A stretch of 21,499 nucleotides of DNA from Okeania sp. (lineage in GTDB: Bacteria; Cyanobacteriota; Cyanobacteriia; Cyanobacteriales; Microcoleaceae), in NCBI RefSeq assembly GCF_035285525.1, contig NZ_JAYKGW010000073.1, positions 1 to 21,499 on the forward strand, read 5' to 3'. Positions 6,043 to 14,398 of the stretch are shown piece after piece. Positions within the stretch are counted from its first letter, which is position 1. Every line of letters begins with the position of its first letter. The notes below the pieces were generated by a model, which was given only the letters and a program-made list of their open reading frames with translations, was not told where the DNA came from and did no database searches. The position numbers were made by a program, and so were the translations under genes.

Positions 6043-7203
6043 ATGAATGTCAAACTTTTGGCGAAAGCTACATCAGGAATATTAATAGTAGCAATAGGAG
6101 TAGGTGTAAATTTTACTAACTTTTCTGGTGTCAATGCTCAAATAAAACCAGATCAAACCATAAAAAATCGGGACAAAAACCCAACACAATTAAGACTTGC
6201 TCTTAGTATAGAAGAAAAAACTAATATTAGTGTTTATCAAAAAGCAAGTCAAGCCGTAGTCTCTATAGATACAGATAAAACCAACGGTAGTGGTACAATT
6301 ATTTCTCCTGATGGAATGGTATTAACTAATGCTCATGTCGTATCCCAAGGTGGTACAGTACAAATTACTTTAGCAGATGGAAGAAAACTTCAAGCAGATG
6401 TTATAGGCTTTGGTGAACAAGATTTAGATTTAGCAGTTCTCAAAATTAGAGGAGAAACCAACCTTCCCACAATTAGAATAGCTCTTCCTGGTAATACAAA
6501 AGTAGGTCAACGAGCTTTTGCTATAGGTAACCCTTTTGGTAGATTTCAAGGTACTCTTACTGTAGGAATAGTTAGTCGCATAGATGAAGAAAGAGGCTTG
6601 ATCCAAACAGATGCAGCTATTAATCCTGGTAACTCTGGGGGGCCATTATTGAATAGTGATGGAGAACTTATTGGTGTTAATACTGCTATATTTACTCGTG
6701 GTCGATTGACTGGTAACATTGGTATTGGTTTTGCCATATCTATAGATAGAGTCCCAGAATTTATCAAAGCGGTTCGTGAAGGACGAGCGCCTTTAGTTAC
6801 TCAACAGCAAACTGGAATATTTAATGAACAGCTTGCTCAACAATTAGACTTTGATGCTTTAATAAAAGTAAAAGGTAATTTAGATAGAGAATCTAATGTA
6901 TTACCTGTTGATAATAGTTACTATGATCTTTACGCTTTTAAAGGTAGAGCAGGTCAAAAAATTTCTATTGATATGAGCAGTAATCAAATAGATTCTTATT
7001 TAATTTTATTAGACTCAAAGGATCAACAGTTAGCTCAAGATGATGATAGTGGTGGTGAGAAAAACGCCAGAATTATAATTACATTACCAGAGGATGGAAC
7101 CTATAAGTTATTAGCAAATTCTTATGAAGCAGGAGAGTCAGGAGAGTATGAGTTAAAAATTGAGAAAATTTTACCTAGAATTAGACATTTTTTTGAGCGA
7201 TAA
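6043..7203 (+). CDS. Secreted trypsin-like (S1C, HtrA/Deg-type) serine protease with a C-terminal pre-peptidase (PPC)-like domain in place of a PDZ domain
   Basis: 386-aa ORF with an N-terminal hydrophobic signal or anchor. The catalytic triad context is TNAHVV, DLAVLKI and GNSGGPLLN. The C-terminal ~95 aa have a PPC-type pattern (YDLYAF.G..GQ.ISI..-..DSYL.LLD...Q.LA.DDDSGG......ITLPEDGTY.L....Y..G..G.Y.L.I). Confidence 0.85.
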   Translation: MNVKLLAKATSGILIVAIGVGVNFTNFSGVNAQIKPDQTIKNRDKNPTQLRLALSIEEKTNISVYQKASQAVVSIDTDKTNGSGTIISPDGMVLTNAHVVSQGGTVQITLADGRKLQADVIGFGEQDLDLAVLKIRGETNLPTIRIALPGNTKVGQRAFAIGNPFGRFQGTLTVGIVSRIDEERGLIQTDAAINPGNSGGPLLNSDGELIGVNTAIFTRGRLTGNIGIGFAISIDRVPEFIKAVREGRAPLVTQQQTGIFNEQLAQQLDFDALIKVKGNLDRESNVLPVDNSYYDLYAFKGRAGQKISIDMSSNQIDSYLILLDSKDQQLAQDDDSGGEKNARIIITLPEDGTYKLLANSYEAGESGEYELKIEKILPRIRHFFER

Positions 7204-7461
7204 AGAAAAAGCTATTTTATAGATAAATATATATTTCCCACAAAGAAAGAGGGATTAGGCAGTAGCAAGAAAAATTTGATGATTTCTTGTATAAAAGAAA
7301 GATCAACAGTCAGCTTTTAGCTATTTCCTAAAGAATGAATATATACTCTATCTCATCAAGGTCAATTTTTTTTTAAAACTTTTAATTCTCCTTAAATTTA
7401 TCAATGGGGAAATTTTGAATGACTACCTCTTTAACAACCCCCCTAAATCCTATACTCTTAT

Positions 7462-7696
7462 ATATACCATTTCTCAAAAACTTTTCTACATTTCATTGAG
7501 CCGGGTAGGGAGGGACGTTAGCATTTTTGTTATACAACCTCCTTACAGGAGTAAGGGAGTGGGGAAGAAGTAAACATAAGAAAAATAAACATTAACTTAG
7601 CTAAAATTGCTATGCAAAGTAATTCGGTTTGTGCTAGTTATTTGATAATTGATGTATTGCCCAAGCATAGCAATAATACATGGTAATTGGTATTAA
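7462..7696 (+). mobile_element. M4 MITE-like element (TIR TATACCAWTT / AATTGGTATTA) with a ~45-nt nested palindromic insert
   Basis: Collinear with 10543-10731 (CTCAAAAACTTTTMTACATTTSATTGAGC .. GGAGTAAGGGAGTGGGG .. GGTTTGTGCTARTTATTTGATAA .. AGCAATAATRCATGG). The extra segment at 7501-7547 is absent from the second copy. Confidence 0.65.
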
Positions 7697-7753
7697 CTAA
7701 TCCCTAATCCCTAACCCAACCAAAAAAGACTTTCCATAGGCAAAACCTAATTA
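7697..7753 (-). repeat. M1 right-end fragment with a subterminal (CTAATCC)3 heptamer array
   Basis: CTAATCC CTAATCC CTAACCC (7697-7717) is followed by AAAAAAGACTTTCCATAGGCAAAACCTAATTAA. This is homologous to 10977-11030, where the array is (CTGACTC)2. Confidence 0.5.
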
Positions 7754-7827
7754 ATAATTATTTTTGATTATTTCCGACTATCCTAGTAGGTTAGTTGCAG
7801 TATTTAAGTATATATTTGAGGTAATTA

Positions 7828-8487
7828 ATGCGTCAATTAAAGTTTTGGGCGATCGCTCCTTTTGGTTTATTAACTATTCTGGGAAGACCTTCATTCCCAC
7901 CTTCAGTTTTACCTGAACAGGTAATTGTCAGCTCTAACTATGTAAATGAAATTTCAACTAAGTCGAAAATTTTAGCTCAAGGTACTTCACTTCCTGAAGA
8001 AAGTCCATCATTAGAAAGTACCCCCACTCCAGAGGAGAGTTCATCACCAGAAATTATATCTACTCCAGAAGCAACCCCATTGCCAGAAACTACTCCTGCC
8101 TCGGAGGAGAGTCCATCAGCAGAAAATACTCCACCCACCCAAGAACAAAATATAATTTTACAGCAAGAGGGAACACTTAGTGATGGTGACTTAGTGCTAG
8201 ACTCTGATGAAAGTGTTTACGATGAACATAATTTTGAAGGTACAGAAGATCAAGTAGTAATTGTCACCTTAGAGAGTTCTGATTTTGATACTTATTTAGC
8301 AGTCTTTAGTCCCTCTGGTGAACTACTTGGAGAACATGATGATATAAGTGAGAAAAATACCAACTCTGAACTAACTATTACTTTACCAGTTACAGGTAAA
8401 TATCGTGTAATAGTTAACTCTTTTGATAAAACAGGTAGGGGAAAGTATAATCTACAAGTAATCGAATCAGGAGGAACATCAAACTAA
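7828..8487 (+). CDS. Secreted protein: signal peptide, P/E/S/T-rich linker and a C-terminal PPC-like domain
   Basis: 219-aa ORF with N-terminal MRQLKFWAIAPFGLLTILG. The linker has reiterated PEESP / TPEA / TPASEESP units. The C-terminal ~100 aa are paralogous to the C-terminus of the protease at 6043-7203 (VL..D.S.YD..F.G...Q......S..D.YL.......L...DD......ITLP..G.Y.....S....G.G.Y.L). Confidence 0.75.
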   Translation: MRQLKFWAIAPFGLLTILGRPSFPPSVLPEQVIVSSNYVNEISTKSKILAQGTSLPEESPSLESTPTPEESSSPEIISTPEATPLPETTPASEESPSAENTPPTQEQNIILQQEGTLSDGDLVLDSDESVYDEHNFEGTEDQVVIVTLESSDFDTYLAVFSPSGELLGEHDDISEKNTNSELTITLPVTGKYRVIVNSFDKTGRGKYNLQVIESGGTSN

Positions 8488-8828
8488 TAGCTATGGAGGA
8501 AGTTAACCAGCTGTTGGAATTTTTTTTGTCGGAATATTCCTTAAATAGCTATCAGTTAAAATCTCTATGTTTAATTTTTTTACACCGAGGATAACTTCTT
8601 CTTCCCTTCCTGGGGTAAAGATTATAATCAGTATATAACAATCTTAAAATAGATTGTTAAGATTATGATTCTAGAGGGTTTGGTTTCCACACCCTAGCAA
8701 AAGTGGGATTGGGAAACCAAATCTTTACAGTCTTCTTCCATAAGTCATCTAAGAATACTATATCATTGTAGGATATAGTTTAGCGAAATTTGGCTTAGTA
8801 ATCTTCTAGCTCAAGGAAAGTAGTGTTT

Positions 8829-9238
8829 AATAATTAATAATTAATAATTAACAATTAACAATTAATCATAACTTACCAAATAATTAAATAATTCCCGCCT
8901 TGAAGCCTCCCCTTGAAAGGGAAAAAAAATAAATTTTTTCCTTTTATTCAATTTATTCAATCCTATTCCTTTTAGGGCTATGCTTTATAAACATCTTTCT
9001 TAACATAAAACTTGGGCATTATCTACAAGTTATGTGTAAGTTTGGGAGTGGCTTTTTAGGAGAAAATTGCATGAAAAAACACATTTTTTGGCAATCGCTT
9101 AAGTTTTTTTTACTTAGCTACTATGATTTTTTCGACCTGTCTTTCCCTTTCCGTATCTCTCACTCCCCACAAAAGTTTCAGGAGTTCCTTATAAAGGATA
9201 GCTTTTAGGGAAAAGTAATTATCAATTATCCATTATTG
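8829..9238 (-). mobile_element. M2 element (heptamer-array termini) carrying a nested M3 element
   Basis: The left array is (AATAATT)3(AACAATT)2 at 8829-8866. The right array ATTATCA ATTATCC ATTATTG is at 9217-9238. The long arm CCCCTTGAAAGGGAAAAAAAATAAATTTTTTCCTTTTATTCAATT is homologous to the long arms of the 5013 and 14399 copies. Confidence 0.6.
8968..9210 (+). mobile_element. M3 MITE-like element (TIR CCYTTTAGRGCTATGCTTTATAA) nested in M2
   Basis: The left end is CCTTTTAGGGCTATGCTTTATAAACATC. The right end CCTTATAAAGGATAGCTTTTAGGG is its inverted complement. The first ~47 nt are nearly identical to 14421-14467. Confidence 0.65.
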
Positions 9239-9249
9239 AAACAGAGACC

Positions 9250-9282
9250 CTAGATATAGTATAGTACCTTTGTGTAAGTCCT
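9250..9282 (-). repeat. Solo end of an M5-type element
   Basis: The reverse complement GGACTTACACAAAGGTACTATACTATATCTAG matches GGACTGACGCAAAGGTACTATCTATAGCTATAG at 2257-2289. Confidence 0.55.
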
Positions 9283-9290
9283 GAATTAAT

Positions 9291-9515
9291 AATTAGGATT
9301 GGCTGAAAAAGTCTGTTGGTGAAAGTAGGAAATGGGCAATGGGTCTGGGGCAATAGTTACAGGGGTTAATTTTTCTACATTTTTCTAAGTTTTGTGAGGA
9401 AAAATCCAGAGTTTTAAAGATTAACTTGGTAATTTTTTGGTACTTTATTGTGAACCGAAAAAGCCTTGAAGCTTTATCTATAAAAGATTTTATATTTAAC
9501 CAGCAAGCCCTAATT
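9291..9515 (+). mobile_element. M1 MITE-like element, complete copy
   Basis: The left end is AATTAGGATTGGCTGAAAAAGTC and the right end is ATTTAACCAGCAAGCCCTAATT (inverted complement). The track ORF 9426-9647 lies mostly inside it. Confidence 0.6.
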
Positions 9516-9798
9516 AATAATTACTTATTCTTATCAAGAAGAAGATTGACTAAAAGGATTTTTTTGTCTTTGTTCTGCATCAATGGAGAGGCTTTATACC
9601 TTAATTTTTCGGTAAGTGTATGGTCAGGTTTTAACTCCATATCATAGACTTTGAAAAATGAAAACTAAGGTCTTAAGTCTACCTGCAAGACTAAAAAGAA
9701 AAAGTAATGTTGTGGATACTTGGCATTTTATTAATCGCCATAAAGTTATCTGAAACAACTTAAGGATTACTAAAATAATAAGTCAAGCTAGATTTTTT

Positions 9799-9999
9799 TT
9801 AGCGCCAACCTAGCCAAGAAAATAAATCTTGATGAGTAAATAATTCTAATAATAATAAAATAACAAATCCTAGCATAGCAAATCTCCCATTTATTTGTTC
9901 TGCATAAGTGTTCCAACCAAAAGCTGGTTCAGTTATCTTGGGAGTTGTGACTTTTTCTGTATTTTCTGATGTAGATGAAGAAGTAGAGTTTTCTGACAT
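9799..9999 (-). CDS. hli: High-light-inducible protein (single-helix CAB/ELIP/HLIP family)
   Basis: 66-aa ORF. FGWNTYAEQINGRFAMLGFVILLLLE is the chlorophyll-binding helix motif (E..NGR.AM.GF) of HLIPs. Confidence 0.88.
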   Translation of the reverse strand: MSENSTSSSTSENTEKVTTPKITEPAFGWNTYAEQINGRFAMLGFVILLLLELFTHQDLFSWLGWR

Positions 10000-10021
10000 A
10001 ATTATTGATAGAGTTTTTGAT

Positions 10022-10072
10022 ATTATATCATATATTTTTTAATTCTACTTAGGTAAATCAATAGTATGTAAA
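10022..10072 (-). promoter_or_regulatory. Candidate hli promoter: an extended -10 plus upstream TTTACA/TTTACC direct repeats
   Basis: On the minus strand, TGATATAAT (10030-10022) lies 22 nt upstream of the ATG. TTTACA (10072-10067) and TTTACC (10057-10052) lie upstream, 15 nt apart start to start. Confidence 0.3.
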
Positions 10073-10280
10073 ATCTTTACCGAAAAAACTTCATAAAATT
10101 TGGTGAAACCTATGGTAAGGAAGATAGGAATGATATCAAATCTGCTAGCTATGGTTCCCGATAAATCGGAGTAATATAAGAAACCGGGTTTGTTGGAGGT
10201 TAATGTTGGTATTTTAAGGCATTTGATACCAACTCGATTTCTATGCTTTTTTATATTGATACTATCAAATTTGATATGAT

Positions 10281-10475
10281 AAATAGAGTTACTTATGGAA
10301 AGTCTTTTTGCTGGGATAGGAAGTAGGAAAGTAATTTTTTTGCTCAACTCTTGTTTTGCCGAAAATACTAAAATTTTAAGCATAAAGATTTGAAATCTAG
10401 GTACTTTTTCAATATATAAAAAAGCTAAAACCTTTATTTGTAAATACTTTTATATTTAATCAACAAACCCTAAAT
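10281..10475 (+). mobile_element. M1 MITE-like element, complete copy
   Basis: The left end is AAATAGAGTTACTTATGGAAAGTCTTTTTGCTGGGATAGGAAGTAGG and the right end is ATTTAATCAACAAACCCTAAAT. The track ORF 10045-10383 runs through it. Confidence 0.6.
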
Positions 10476-10542
10476 AGTTGGGAAGATTAATAAAGCACTT
10501 TCCGTTCTGATGAGGTACAAAATTTTGGTTCAAGGAAACACT

Positions 10543-10731
10543 TATACCAATTCTCAAAAACTTTTATACATTTGATTGAGCAGGGGAGTAAGGGAGTGGG
10601 GGAGAAGTAAATATCAGAAAAATTAATAGTAAATTAACTGAAATTGGCAAAAAATGATTTGGTTTGTGCTAATTATTTGATAACTGAAGTATTCATCAAG
10701 TATAGCAATAATGCATGGAAATTGGTATTAA
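10543..10731 (+). mobile_element. M4 MITE-like element, compact copy
   Basis: The termini TATACCAATTCTC and GAAATTGGTATTA are inverted complements. It is collinear with 7462-7696 minus the 45-nt insert. Confidence 0.65.
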
Positions 10732-10753
10732 ATAAGTTGGCTAAGTAAGGAAT

Positions 10754-11030
10754 AAATAGGGTTTGCTGATTAAATCTGCAAGCATTGGCAGATAATTTTT
10801 TTGCGCTTTTTAAGTATTAAAAAAGTGCCAGCTTTTACCTCCCTCAGGTTGAAAAAGTTATAATTTTTTTGCTTATACTTGAGGTGAAAAATTAACAGAC
10901 TATTCTTCTGAATCCCTCTTTTAAACTCCCGGTAAATTATGACTTCTGTAAGTCGCCAATCCGACGGATACCCTACCTGACTCCTGACTCCTACCCATAA
11001 AAAAAAGACTTTTTCAGAAAGCCCTAAATT
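10754..11030 (+). mobile_element. M1 MITE-like element, complete copy, with a subterminal (CTGACTC)2 array
   Basis: The left end is AAATAGGGTTTGCTGATTAAATC. The array is at 10977-10990. The right end is AAAAAAGACTTTTTCAGAAAGCCCTAAATT. The track ORF 10770-11045 lies inside it. Confidence 0.65.
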
Positions 11031-11165
11031 AAAGAAGAGAAACAACTATACCTCATAAACTTTGCGAGTTGCTATATTGATAACTCACATACTTAAAATT
11101 TTCTGTAAAAGAGTTTACACTTATCGAAAAATTAAGCTATAAACCCTCTCCATATCCAATCGACC

Positions 11166-11258
11166 AAGAAAAGAAAAAAAATCTTTTAGCCAATCCTCTT
11201 CTTGAGCAGAAAAGGTAATAATTAGTAATTAGTAATTAGTAATTAATGATTAATTGTT
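11166..11258 (-). repeat. M2 partial copy whose heptamer array overlaps the 3' end of sdhB
   Basis: The reverse complement reads (heptamers) ACCTTTTCTGCTCAAGAAGAGGATTGGCTAAAAGATTTTTTTTC, matching the 17301 and 5013 copies. The array AATAATT (AGTAATT)3 AATGATT AATTGTT spans 11217-11258. Confidence 0.6.
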
Positions 11259-12304
11259 GAACATACTTCAGTCGATTTATTATCCAAACTTTTTACTGAT
11301 TCAATGAGCGATCGCACAGTTGCAGTTCCCTCAGAAGGTTCAAAAGTAAAAGGAAACTTACCCTTGACTAACATTCTTAATCCTAAAGGTCCTAAACTAA
11401 ATAAACCTTGAATATCTCGAAAATAGTTACCAACTACTTGAATACCAAATTTTCTTTCATCTATCCAACCCCCATCCTTAACCAAATCAATTAATACTTT
11501 TCGGTGGCGAATAGAACGACTGGTTTGTTGGTCCTGACGAGCGAGAACTTCTTGTTTAATTTTACCTATTTGTTCCATAGGTGCAACTTCCATTGGGCAA
11601 ACAGAATTACAATAATAACAACGTGTACAACCCCAAACTCCAGAAGTATCAAGATTATATTTTTCTAATCTTTTTTCAGTTTGGTCGTCTCGCGAATCTG
11701 TCACCATTCTGTAAGCTTTAGCTAAAGCGTGTGGTCCAACAAAATCTGGATTAACTTCACGAGCATTACACTCAGAATAACAAGCTCCACAGAGAATACA
11801 ATTACCTGTTTGATTAAGTTTATTTCTTTCTGCGGGAGTCTGTAAAAATTCTCGTTCGGGAATATTTCGTGCTTCTGTACTTACATAAGGTTCGACTGCT
11901 TCTAGATTTTGCCAAAAGCTATTCATATCTACTACTAAATCTTTAATTATTGGCATATTTCCCATAGGAGAAATAGTTATTTCTGGGATAGATTTGGTAA
12001 CAGTATTGGTTGTAGAATTGTTATAGTTACAATCGGCTATTTTTTCTAATCTAGCTAATTCATTTCTAATATTTTCTTTGCAAGCTAAAGCTGAACGACC
12101 ATTGATTCGCATTCCACAACTACCACAGATAGTATTGCGACAATTTTTCCTAAAAGCTAGAGTTCCATCTTGCTCCCATTTTATCCGGTTGAGACAATCT
12201 AAAATTGTATTTCCTGGCTCAACTTCTAGAGTATAAGTTTGAAGTTTAGGCTGAGTATTTTGATTCTGCCTAATAATATTAAATTTAACTTGCATTAGTG
12301 ACAA
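11243..12304 (-). CDS. sdhB: Succinate dehydrogenase / fumarate reductase iron-sulfur subunit
   Basis: 353-aa ORF with a 2Fe-2S cluster motif (CRNTICGSCGMRINGRSALAC) and ferredoxin-type Cys clusters (CILCGACYSEC and CTRCYYCNSVCP). Confidence 0.88.
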   Translation of the reverse strand: MSLMQVKFNIIRQNQNTQPKLQTYTLEVEPGNTILDCLNRIKWEQDGTLAFRKNCRNTICGSCGMRINGRSALACKENIRNELARLEKIADCNYNNSTTNTVTKSIPEITISPMGNMPIIKDLVVDMNSFWQNLEAVEPYVSTEARNIPEREFLQTPAERNKLNQTGNCILCGACYSECNAREVNPDFVGPHALAKAYRMVTDSRDDQTEKRLEKYNLDTSGVWGCTRCYYCNSVCPMEVAPMEQIGKIKQEVLARQDQQTSRSIRHRKVLIDLVKDGGWIDERKFGIQVVGNYFRDIQGLFSLGPLGLRMLVKGKFPFTFEPSEGTATVRSLIESVKSLDNKSTEVCSTINH

Positions 12305-12730
12305 TTTGAGTGATATTTTCTATTAGTTTAGTTGTAAGCATTCAGGAGTAATCTATCAGATATTAACTTATTATTTTATTTTTTAAGAAGAAATTAATTT
12401 TCAAGGAAAATTAAAAGTTTAACTAGAAAAAGGGTGCATCTCATACTTTGCCAAAATACTTTTTTCTTCCATACCTATTCTTTTCAAACCTGTTCCCAGT
12501 TAAGTGTTCTCTTTTTTCTAAGACGGTAAGTTGTGGGCTTTATTCAGGTATTGAGATGTACCCGATAAAAAGGTCATTAGTTCATCTTAATTAAGTTAAG
12601 CTCAGATCTATTTAAAATGCTTTTGAGTAATTTAGAATCCAGAATCCATAACTCATAAGCAATAAGGTTTACATTCTTAACTAGACATAGAAAAAATATG
12701 CGCTTTAAATGCTTAAGGGCTTATTGCATT

Positions 12731-12805
12731 AGTTAGGGTTTGCTGATTAAATATCCCTCGCATTTCATAGATAAAGGTTTGAAAAACTTTAGGTTCTGAA
12801 AAATT
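12731..12805 (+). repeat. M1 left part fused to H7 element copy C
   Basis: AGTTAGGGTTTGCTGATTAAATATCCC, then TTACCAAAAAAAGAGG at the junction, as at 2592 and 5452. Confidence 0.5.
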
Positions 12806-12926
12806 ACCAAAAAAAGAGGTATAAAGCCTCCTCTGGTTCGGGGATGAAAAAATTTTAACTCAGTATTTCCAGCCTCCGAATTTAGTCAGAGGTTCACTCT
12901 CTATTAATAACTTATAACTGAAATGA
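12806..12926 (+). repeat. H7 element copy C, with a degenerate heptamer tail
   Basis: Near-identical to copy B over CCAAAAAAAGAGGTATAAAGCCTCCTCTGGTTCGGGGATGAAAAAATTTTAACTCAGTATTTCCAG. The hairpin is at 12873-12892 and the tail is TTAATAA CTTATAA CTGAAATGA. Confidence 0.75.
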
Positions 12927-13050
12927 TCAGTTTTTCAGTTGATGGAGAGAAAAAAATGATAATTAATTTTGGAGTAATTATGGCAGAAAAATTAAGGGGA
13001 GATTATGAATGACAATCTCTTCTACAATAATACTTCTAAATCCTAATTCT

Positions 13051-13078
13051 GTAAGGACGTTGCATACAACGTCCCTAC
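13051..13078. repeat. Small palindromic element GTAAGGACGTTGCATACAACGTCCCTAC
   Basis: A 12-bp stem with one G.U-type mismatch and a 4-nt loop. Degenerate relatives lie at 7507-7547 and about 14918-14945. Confidence 0.6.
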
Positions 13079-13328
13079 TCTCTACCCTAACCATCAGAAT
13101 TTTGAGCGCCAACCCTAGTTAGTTTCAACTCCTTTCTTGAAAAGCCCGGTCTTATTGCTCAGAGCTGATAGCTAGTAGTTGAATCCTTACAATATAGTTG
13201 TATTTTTAACAAATAATTTAGGATAACTACCAAATAAACAGTACCAAATTTATAATAGTAAAAGAAAGCAAATACAACAAACAATTAGATATTCTACTAA
13301 CTAGACTAAATAATTAGATTTAAGCATA

Positions 13329-13862
13329 ATGAGTAATGATATTATACCTCAATTGCCAAAAGCCCCTTTATCCCGTCGGGCCGCTGCATTTAGTATAGAT
13401 ACTATAGTAGTTTGGTTTCTTTGTACCATAATTAGCAATAATTGGTTCACCTTTATTGTATTTTTTGTGGTATTTTGGATGGCTATACGAGTTTTATTGG
13501 CCTACAAAAACCAAGGTCAGAGTATAGGACACTTCGCTCTAGATATGAAAGTTTTGGATACTAGATACGAAAGAATTCCTGGTATCCTAGAATTGTCAAA
13601 GCGAGAAGGAATTTTAGCATTAGCTGGTTCATTGGCCATGCTAGGGATGAGTAATCTGACATCTGGAAATGCTGCTGTTTTACTATTAATAATTCCCTTA
13701 TTTTTAGACTTTACAGTAGCTTTGGTAGATATTGAAAGGCATCAACAAGCTTTTCACGATAGAATATCCCAGACAATAGTAGTGGGAACTATGCGTGGTT
13801 ACTCTCTAGATATTAAACTTAAATGGTTACTTGACGAAGCCAAGGGTTATATGAGAAAATGA
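13329..13862 (+). CDS. RDD-family integral membrane protein
   Basis: 177-aa ORF. It has RRAAAFSIDTIVV near the N-terminus, multiple TM segments, GQSIGHFALDMKV and a C-terminal HDRISQTIVV, matching the R..D..D pattern of RDD proteins. Confidence 0.7.
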   Translation: MSNDIIPQLPKAPLSRRAAAFSIDTIVVWFLCTIISNNWFTFIVFFVVFWMAIRVLLAYKNQGQSIGHFALDMKVLDTRYERIPGILELSKREGILALAGSLAMLGMSNLTSGNAAVLLLIIPLFLDFTVALVDIERHQQAFHDRISQTIVVGTMRGYSLDIKLKWLLDEAKGYMRK

Positions 13863-13896
13863 TAATTTGTGTTTAAGAATATTGGAAAATTGAAAT

Positions 13897-14085
13897 ATGG
13901 CTAAAGGAGTAAGAATTATTATCACACTAGAGTGTACAGAGTGTAGAAGTAATTCTAATAAACGTTCACAAGGTGTTTCTAGGTATACCAGCACTAAAAA
14001 TCGTAGGAATACAACAGCAAGATTAGAGTTGAAAAAATTCTGTACTCATTGTAATAAACATACAGTTCATAAAGAAATTAAGTAA
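13897..14085 (+). CDS. rpmG: 50S ribosomal protein L33
   Basis: 62-aa ORF: [19 protein letters not shown]...[26 protein letters not shown], the zinc-ribbon form of L33. Confidence 0.95.
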   Translation: MAKGVRIIITLECTECRSNSNKRSQGVSRYTSTKNRRNTTARLELKKFCTHCNKHTVHKEIK

Positions 14086-14169
14086 AAATATACTGAGTAT
14101 TTAAGAAGAGTAAACAGCTCAAAGGTAAACTAAAGATAACTAACAAAATAACTAAACAAATAATTAGCT

Positions 14170-14388
14170 ATGGCAAACTACTACCGGAAAAGAGTATCAC
14201 CAATTAAACCAGGAGAACCTATCGACTACAAAGATGTCGAGTTGCTAAAAAAATATATTACTGAAAGAGGAAAAATTCTGCCAAGAAGAATTACAGGTTT
14301 AACATGTAAACAGCAAAAAGAACTGACAAAAAGCATTAAAAGAGCCAGATCAGTGGCATTGTTGCCTTATGTCAATAAAGAGACCTAA
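14170..14388 (+). CDS. rpsR: 30S ribosomal protein S18
   Basis: 72-aa [53 protein letters not shown] is the S18 signature. It lies next to rpmG, as is usual in cyanobacteria. Confidence 0.95.
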   Translation: MANYYRKRVSPIKPGEPIDYKDVELLKKYITERGKILPRRITGLTCKQQKELTKSIKRARSVALLPYVNKET

Positions 14389-14398
14389 GTTTTATTAA

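Noticed and set aside
6546-6767. 73-aa minus-strand ORF
   Set aside because: It is antisense to the catalytic core of the serine protease gene.
9426-9647. 73-aa plus-strand ORF
   Set aside because: It lies mostly inside the M1 MITE copy at 9291-9515 and repeat flank. The translation is low-complexity and it has no RBS.
10045-10383. 112-aa minus-strand ORF
   Set aside because: It runs through an M1 MITE copy (10281-10475) and the hli promoter region. The sequence is repeat-derived.
10770-11045. 91-aa minus-strand ORF
   Set aside because: It is contained in the M1 MITE copy 10754-11030, including its heptamer array.
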